From positions 1-20,842 of IMG/VR virus record IMGVR_UViG_3300028627_000407: a DNA stretch of 20,842 bases; one strand, 5' to 3'. The notes under the pieces were generated by a model that ran no database searches, was not told where the DNA came from, and saw only the letters and a program-made list of their open reading frames with translations. This document shows, in pieces, positions 16,301 to 20,842 of this stretch (the stretch's first letter is position 1; each line of letters opens with the position of its first letter). Source of the DNA: a virus. The position numbers were made by a program, and so were the translations under genes.

Positions 16301-17916
16301 CCTGCTCCAGTGAGTTCAACTAAAGAGGAATATCCTCTGTGATCTTCATAAGAAAAGCTGCCTTTGCCAGCGATAATTATTGTTTCAATATCGGCGTCAA
16401 CATCCTGGATGACGATTGATCCAAATCCTGTGAACGTCACAGTTTCAGAATATAATGAGCCGTAAGAGCAGGAAACTGCTCCGTTTGAGGTATAAGTTAT
16501 CGTTGCTGCACGTGTTATCCCAGCTGCAGTTACAGAGACTGCACTATTTGCAGAGTAAGTCACAGTTTCTTGATATTCCTCGCCACTTGGCTCGGTGTAG
16601 TCAATCACGAGCTTTGGAGTGTTAGTGGAATTCTCGGATGCATAATAGTATCCAGTGTATGCATAGGTCCCAGAAGGTGCGCTATTTGAATAGTCATAGG
16701 TGTATTCCATTATGCAATATTTAGTTGTGCCAGCACAGACAATATCTGATTTTCCTGTTGCATCAAGATTGATTGTTTGGTAACCATTAGATGTTGTGCC
16801 TATAGTCCCATATGAGCTCCCGCTATATGCTGCAAAATCGCTTGTTGCAAGTGTGCTTCCCTGTGTGCCTTTCAATGCGCAAAGCGTTGGACCGTAGCTG
16901 TGTGAATAGATGTAAACTGAAAGAGCCGCTGAATTAATCGTTGAGCCGCTTGGGATGCCTGAAGTATCAAAGTACAGAAATCCCCTCTGGATTGAGTATA
17001 AGTAACCTAGTATCTTATCGAAGGATTTGCTTGTTCTAACGGCCGTAGTTGTGATTGCGTTGTAAACTGTTTCACCAGTTGCCCGTGCCGTACTCCAAGT
17101 TCCGCTGGTCACACCTTTTATGTATCCATCGGCTGAAGTTGCGTAATAAGTTGTAGAATCTATGTATACTGTTTTTTTGCCTTTCAGTTTTTCGTTGCCG
17201 GGCCCAAGAAGGCCGTAGTTTTGGACCATCCATGCCCAATTTTTGGCCTTATCATCGAAATACTTGACATAGAAAATTCTGCCGTCTTTTTTTACTATTC
17301 TGTGCTTCAAAGGCTCGGAAAAATAATCGTGGCCCTCTACCCACATCCTGGGCGTGGGTATCCAGATTTTTTCCTTTGTATCAAGCTCAAAAGTAAATAC
17401 GTCAGCTTTTTTCCCCTTTGGATGGAATCCTTTCAGATGGAGTTCATACCAGACCTCAACATCTTGAAGGGGGATCTTTCCCGTGTCCACCACAAGCGAT
17501 TCCTGGACATATCTTTCGTGAATCCTGTTGTGTATCCAAAGGCCGTCTGAGATGACGTGCTTCAGTTCATGATTATTGATCTGCTCAATTATGGCAAATC
17601 TATCAAAAGAAACTTCTTTCCCGTTTAGTATGATCTTGCTTATTGTTGCTTCGTACTGCAGATCATACCCTTTCCTGAAGCCAAAATATTTTTCCTTCTT
17701 TCTGTCTTTTCTAAAGCCGACAGAAAACTTGTGCCTATCCATTATGAATTTGTCTTTTTCTTCCCGGATCGTTATATCGATTGTTCGGAGATTGTGATTG
17801 TCGTCTTCATAATGGACAGGCTTTTCTTCACAGATTGCCCTGAATCTTCCTGGTGCAATTTGGAATGTTTTTGAAGCAAGGGTCCTTTTTTCAACTACCT
17901 CTTGCTCTCTATTCAC
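13384..17916 (-). CDS. 1510-aa tail hub/adhesin chimera: WapA/RHS-N-like region, DNRLRE-like domain, 20-aa repeat shaft, gpD/Tal-like hub with an inserted beta domain
   Basis: KRTLASKTF...PVHYEDD...IDITI (WapA-N-like). RGFLYFDTSGIPSGSTINSAALSVY...PKLVIDY (DNRLRE-like). SDYFEISLYN..G...F.VG.EV...IF.G.I..V...EIVSDIL...DFYIDENDDLHF (late-control-D/hub-like). Located two short genes after the tape measure gene; GTG start. Confidence 0.75.
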   Translation of the reverse strand: MNREQEVVEKRTLASKTFQIAPGRFRAICEEKPVHYEDDNHNLRTIDITIREEKDKFIMDRHKFSVGFRKDRKKEKYFGFRKGYDLQYEATISKIILNGKEVSFDRFAIIEQINNHELKHVISDGLWIHNRIHERYVQESLVVDTGKIPLQDVEVWYELHLKGFHPKGKKADVFTFELDTKEKIWIPTPRMWVEGHDYFSEPLKHRIVKKDGRIFYVKYFDDKAKNWAWMVQNYGLLGPGNEKLKGKKTVYIDSTTYYATSADGYIKGVTSGTWSTARATGETVYNAITTTAVRTSKSFDKILGYLYSIQRGFLYFDTSGIPSGSTINSAALSVYIYSHSYGPTLCALKGTQGSTLATSDFAAYSGSSYGTIGTTSNGYQTINLDATGKSDIVCAGTTKYCIMEYTYDYSNSAPSGTYAYTGYYYASENSTNTPKLVIDYTEPSGEEYQETVTYSANSAVSVTAAGITRAATITYTSNGAVSCSYGSLYSETVTFTGFGSIVIQDVDADIETIIIAGKGSFSYEDHRGYSSLVELTGAGAITASAAFSYKQTITYLSYAAIEVATVIDYVCNINYISLGAVISQDIDSDIEIITFSGYGSFVVSGISSMAISVSFDGAGTTEALGYRQLASISNIIGASTFEIDAIIGKVVDVSFGGAGSFELQEYSGSTTLIEYQSNAKVTISATGNYVSNITTTGLSFVNLIKHMNKYDLLEITSFASIEISTTAEYTYSSVLTAASSVTIQDIDYDIELILFTGVGSIQIQDMESIEYISKASTNVYSFWAPLDIIILGAGVLELVANTNYIVGTSYTANGSLLLQDIDSDTDLVELTGAGSITAEIITDFKNTLNIIGLGDLTFNSITAYILSESIASNAEVDIQLSASFVGKNEATGAGTMEIAVATTYHALIEIDSSSSIIIQDFDTDIEIIPFGSSGAFQFIDVEQIDYNSYGALSINSETTGATPLFWTIIVEQPGDIEIDLTALDKIEYARFTDEKGKRSDYFEISLYNDDGSLSETFEVGNEVFFYVDENDPPSTKIFHGLITSVEFELDQYRSNKILLSGEDYGSIRTGQTTISGAETYNNKTADEIVSDILARYCPEITTTNLETFAEAIPSMTFAWEYVGQAIDKVSSLVGADFYIDENDDLHFYDAADLSADHSISSTEILSAKIKRDAMKYFDRIYVVGGKQGFLDFSQTTTTIEVSLHDKSYASTFTPSKSNILFLDVYVKKVGNPLDDLIFTIIEDNGGNPTGSIVGFGSIPQEDISTEGGWVKTTLIDSQLDISKTNWIVFNIMGTATDTYKVVHNNTTASGHKYKTLAGSWTAATGKLAFKTYYGVQIVKSATTETMMFEYHTDIPIIDLTIQEADTAMTLAQQKAIEYALKNASRIVINPPGKRLKAGQVIEFTTLPEMPSLEDQTILSVTYEIREREISTVTLTCTAADDFYSAFANLFSELRRLKVKNILESQEQTTDYKEATETPTIALSENIYEAAADYEAEYDDNEARWDVSKWT
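15040..16575 (-). repeat. About 26 tandem degenerate 20-aa repeats within the large tail protein
   Basis: Units such as YSETVTFTGFGSIVIQDVDA / DIETIIIAGKGSFSYEDHRG / YSSLVELTGAGAITASAAFS. The QD-x-D-x-D motif recurs at 16402, 16162, 15682, 15457 and 15157 (spacings 240, 480, 225 and 300 nt). Confidence 0.85.
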
Positions 17917-17959
17917 TTTTCCAAAATTGTAATCATAGCTTCCCAGGGTACCACTTCAC

Positions 17960-17977
17960 AAATAAAAATAAAAAATA
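17960..17977 (-). terminator. Oligo-T tract after the 126-aa gene (archaeal-type terminator candidate)
   Basis: Minus strand reads CTATTTTTTATTTTTATTT immediately after the TAA at 17981. Confidence 0.4.
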
Positions 17978-17980
17978 GGT

Positions 17981-18361
17981 TTATGCCCTGGATTCAGTTT
18001 CTTTGATGATTATCTGCAAAGAGTCGCCGTCTTCAACGGCCTTAGTCGCCGAGAACTTGTGTCTCATCAACATGTCCCCCGCAGGATCCCCGTCATCATT
18101 GAAAATTCCAACTTCATTGACTGATAGGCTTCCTGTAAAGGAGAAGGTCTTTGTCCACTTTGCCTTGTAGTCGGCCTCATATTCGCATGTTGCAGCGGCT
18201 CTTGCCCCGCCGTTTGTTGTGATTTCCGTAGTCAAGGCTGTCTGGTCGTTTGCCTCTGCTGTAGTTCCACTACCTAGTGCAATATATGTGAATGGGGCGG
18301 TAGATACACCGTTTAGCAGTTTGGCCTTCATTTCAAGTCCTTTGTTCACGAGTGTTGCCAT
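17981..18361 (-). CDS. Tail-fibre-base protein (DUF3751-like) lacking the N-terminal hairpin
   Basis: TLVNKG...YIALGSGTT...DQTALTTE...NEVGIFN...K pattern; GGAGGA SD. Confidence 0.7.
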   Translation of the reverse strand: MATLVNKGLEMKAKLLNGVSTAPFTYIALGSGTTAEANDQTALTTEITTNGGARAAATCEYEADYKAKWTKTFSFTGSLSVNEVGIFNDDGDPAGDMLMRHKFSATKAVEDGDSLQIIIKETESRA

Positions 18362-18365
18362 AATA

Positions 18366-18479
18366 CTAATCCTCCGATTTTTCTATTTTTGGGTAGTCAT
18401 TACCCATTTCTTTTATGTTGCCATCTTTATCCCGGACCACCCACGTCACGAGATATTCCGTTTTGCTTTTTGCTTCCAT
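18366..18479 (-). CDS. 37-aa ORF (not in ORF track), probable N-terminal part of the split tail-fibre-base protein
   Basis: MEAKSKTEYLVTWVVRDKDGNIKEMGNDYPKIEKSED. It starts 1 nt after the TMP stop, ends 4 nt before the next ATG, and exactly fills the gap. Confidence 0.65.
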   Translation of the reverse strand: MEAKSKTEYLVTWVVRDKDGNIKEMGNDYPKIEKSED

Positions 18480-18480
18480 T

Positions 18481-20343
18481 CTAGAATCCCACCCTGGTGA
18501 TTCTATTGATTCTTTTCATGATTTCATCGGCTATCTTGTCGGGATCGCCGTTTCCAGAAATATTGAAAGTGTTGTTAATCGTGACATTTTTCCCCTGGAG
18601 CTTTGATCCTTCTTTGAAGGCTAGGATATTGTCGTCTGGATGAAAATTCACAATGCTTCCATCCTTCTTTATTAGTGCATCGTTTACGCTCCTAGATATC
18701 TCGCCTGTTGAGTTATTGTAGTATCCTACTAATCCCCCGCCAGCGCTGTTACGGATTGTGTCATAGGTATGCCCACCGCTTGAGAAAGAGTTTGACACGA
18801 ACGCACCACCCCTTTCAGGGCCTTCATAGACTATATCGTTCCCAGCTTGGACCCTCTCCCCTGAAGTGAAAGTCCTGCATCCGCCTCCTCCTCCGCCACC
18901 GGGATTCAACATCTGCCTAACTGTGTTCATTGCCGAGTTCATGTAGTTGATAGCAGATCCTGCAGTCCTCCCAAGCGTATCAACTTCAGTTCCAGTTTTT
19001 GTGGTCTGATCCCGGTATAATTTGAGAAGTTCTGTAGCAGAGAGAACATTTTGAGTGTTGTTTAGGACTGCCAAGGAATTGTCTTGTTTCTTTTCCTTGT
19101 TTTCATTTTCAGCACGCTGGATTTCCCTCAAACGCCCCAAGGCATCTGCGGCATTTTCCGATTCCCCTGGAAGTGTGTTTGGGCTTACCGCCCCTGGGCT
19201 AGTCCATCGGCCTCTTGCAGCTGCTTCGTAGGGGGTATAAGCGCCGGCTTTTTCATACTGCACCTGCTGGCCTGCATAGTCCCATAGGGCCATACCACCT
19301 GGAGTTGTCACCCTCAATCCCATTTCAATGATTTTATCGAGATGCAGATCTTTGATAATAACGCTGATTCTTGAAAGCGCATCCTCAATTATGCCCAAAA
19401 TATATGATACCCGGTCAAAAGCATCGGCCAGTTTTGTGATAGCCTCTTCAGAAGAAGTCACGCCTGCAAGTTTCATTATGACATTGCCCAACTCTGAGCC
19501 AAAACTAATTGAATGCTGCAAAAGGTTCCCAAAAGAATCGACCAGTGGCTGTATTTCACCGGATTTTATCATCTCTGAAATCTTGGCTGCAATGTTTTCT
19601 AATGTTGGCGCTATTGCACCGGTCAGCTCATCCCCGAACAAAGTCTTTATATTCTGGACCTGATTCTCAAAATTTGCAAAGATTCCCGCTGTTGAGTTCC
19701 GTAGCGCCTCTGCGCTTCCGCCAAAAGACTTTTCCAACTGTTTGGCCAGGTAGTCGGCCTTCTGGGCCGCAGTCATTGATTTCATGCTGAGGGCATCAAG
19801 AACGACACCGTTCTGCTCAAGTATTGATGTGCTGCCAGAAAGCGCCATTGTGACCTGTTTTGTTGCAGTTTCAAGGCCGACCCCTTGAGCTGCTGCATAG
19901 TCTTCCGCTGCTGACAAGAGCTTTAGCGATCTTTCATAATCTTTTGTTACGGATATAAGATTGTTGAAGCCCTTCCTGATTTCTGTGTCATCGATGGAAG
20001 AGAGTTCGGAATGCTGGCCTATCACATTTTCAATCTGCTTTGAGTAGGACTGCATCCCTGCATTTTTCAGGAGATTTTGGGTCTGTGACTGGAACTTTGA
20101 CTGCTCTAATGAGAGCTTTACCATCTCCCGATTCAAGTTCTGCACTGCGGCGATGCCATAAGTTGTGATAGCCGTTGCCATTGTACCTACGGCGACTTCT
20201 GCTGCATGGCCCAAAGAATGCATTGCCCCGCCTGCTTTGGATGTGCCCTTTTCAAGGCCGCCGAGTGCCGACTCCACGTTTTTTATAGGGCCAGACGCTC
20301 TGTCTTCAGCAGTGACTGTTATCTTGACGTTTTGCTCTGCCAT
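18481..20343 (-). CDS. Tape measure protein (620 aa)
   Basis: N-terminal VKITVTAEDRASGPI; long Ala/Gly/Leu helical body; C-terminal FHPDD...VTINNTFNI.G..DPDKIADEI. Directly follows the chaperone pair. Confidence 0.9.
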   Translation of the reverse strand: MAEQNVKITVTAEDRASGPIKNVESALGGLEKGTSKAGGAMHSLGHAAEVAVGTMATAITTYGIAAVQNLNREMVKLSLEQSKFQSQTQNLLKNAGMQSYSKQIENVIGQHSELSSIDDTEIRKGFNNLISVTKDYERSLKLLSAAEDYAAAQGVGLETATKQVTMALSGSTSILEQNGVVLDALSMKSMTAAQKADYLAKQLEKSFGGSAEALRNSTAGIFANFENQVQNIKTLFGDELTGAIAPTLENIAAKISEMIKSGEIQPLVDSFGNLLQHSISFGSELGNVIMKLAGVTSSEEAITKLADAFDRVSYILGIIEDALSRISVIIKDLHLDKIIEMGLRVTTPGGMALWDYAGQQVQYEKAGAYTPYEAAARGRWTSPGAVSPNTLPGESENAADALGRLREIQRAENENKEKKQDNSLAVLNNTQNVLSATELLKLYRDQTTKTGTEVDTLGRTAGSAINYMNSAMNTVRQMLNPGGGGGGGCRTFTSGERVQAGNDIVYEGPERGGAFVSNSFSSGGHTYDTIRNSAGGGLVGYYNNSTGEISRSVNDALIKKDGSIVNFHPDDNILAFKEGSKLQGKNVTINNTFNISGNGDPDKIADEIMKRINRITRVGF

Positions 20344-20551
20344 GATGCTCTTTTCTCTTTTTGATCAGCTCTTCAGCCTGAATTCTCATCTCTTCTTGGG
20401 TGTCTCCCATAGGATTCTGGTACAGGACATATCCTCTCACAAGTCTCCTTTTTTCAAGGACCGTGAGCTTTGGAATCTCCCATATCTTATACCCAAGCTG
20501 GTGCAGCACCTGCTCCTCAAGGAGCCTTGCCTTTGCTTCCAGGCTCGGGGC
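20306..20551 (-). CDS. +1-frame extension of the tail assembly chaperone (gpGT-like; fused product about 175 aa)
   Basis: The frame opens right after a TAA just upstream of the shift site and reads APSLEAKARLLEEQVLHQLGYKIWEIPKLT...; its 3' end overlaps the TMP start. Confidence 0.7.
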   Translation of the reverse strand, partial: APSLEAKARLLEEQVLHQLGYKIWEIPKLTVLEKRRLVRGYVLYQNPMGDTQEEMRIQAEELIKKRKEHHGRAKRQDNSHC

Positions 20552-20834
20552 GAAAGGATTCTTTTATGTCGCTAATGTCAAGGAGCTTTTGGACTAGATT
20601 GGCTATTGCCTTTGTTTTCCCAAACTTTTTGATTTCATCAGGTGATAGTTTAGGCTCAACTATATGGGCCGAGAGGATATCGTATCCTTTTTGAGGGTCT
20701 GAGAGCAGGGTTATCTCCCCCTCAGGGATTGGTATGACCTTGGCTTCCTTGCCTGGCTCAATCTCAATTAGTATTGCTTTCAACTCACCCTTCTCATCCC
20801 GCTCATGCAAAAAATATGATTTTTCAACTATCAT
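20517..20834 (-). CDS. Tail assembly chaperone (gpG-like), 105 aa
   Basis: Positioned upstream of the TMP with an overlapping second ORF. The start is in a TAATG overlap with an upstream stop (20834-20836). Confidence 0.75.
   Translation of the reverse strand: MIVEKSYFLHERDEKGELKAILIEIEPGKEAKVIPIPEGEITLLSDPQKGYDILSAHIVEPKLSPDEIKKFGKTKAIANLVQKLLDISDIKESFRPEPGSKGKAP
20550..20558 (-). other. Candidate +1 ribosomal frameshift site TCC TTT CGC
   Basis: In-frame UCC_UUU_CGC near the end of gpG. tRNA-Phe re-pairing from UUU to UUC enters the +1 frame of the downstream ORF. Confidence 0.72.
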
Positions 20835-20842
20835 TAAGAAAT

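Larger units (their letters stand above)
1..20842. mobile_element. Segment of an archaeal tailed virus/provirus: tail operon, accessory defence island and early/regulatory region
   Basis: Chaperone-tape measure-hub-fibre gene order at 12083-20834; viral-type regulator and SSB/nuclease genes at 1-1539; both arms are more GC-rich than the middle. No integrase or att site in the window, so integrated vs free state is unresolved. Confidence 0.85.

Noticed and set aside
12226-17916. Diversity-generating retroelement acting on tail genes
   Set aside because: No reverse transcriptase and no ~100-bp template/variable repeat pair with adenine-only mismatches seen in the window.
409-20694. Many antisense or nested 60-140-aa ORFs (e.g. 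409-744, 3426-3695, 9488-9733, 12662-13087, 19328-19663, 20165-20575)
   Set aside because: They are shadows of well-supported genes on the opposite strand or in another frame, with no motifs or start signals.
1-20842. tRNA, rRNA, CRISPR arrays, IS elements
   Set aside because: No cloverleaf, regularly spaced repeat-spacer units or transposase motifs seen by eye.

Overview
The window looks like part of an archaeal tailed virus or provirus; the archaeal assignment is inferred from BRE-TATA promoters with near-leaderless starts, an RPA-like protein, an RHH regulator and a UUU_CGN shift site. Right (12083-20842, minus strand): the end of a non-contractile-type tail operon. It has a tail assembly chaperone pair joined by a probable +1 frameshift (TCC TTT CGC), a 620-aa tape measure protein, two tail-fibre-base paralogues (one apparently split into 37 + 126 aa), a 1510-aa hub/adhesin chimera with about 26 tandem 20-aa repeats, a tail-collar fibre and a small Zn finger. 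Left (1-1831): a divergent control region with a perfect 26-bp palindrome, an RHH regulator, and a leftward operon (RPA/OB-fold-like protein, then a PD-(D/E)XK nuclease that runs off the window and is missing from the ORF track). Middle (about 1850-12080): an AT-rich cargo island with small genes, a two-TM membrane protein, a DUF6508-like protein and a coupled defence operon (UvrD helicase-AddB-like Fe-S nuclease, Type III-like Mod and Res) followed by a stand-alone EVE gene. I saw no integrase, att site, tRNA, CRISPR array or reverse transcriptase. All family names come from motif recognition by eye, not database searches.
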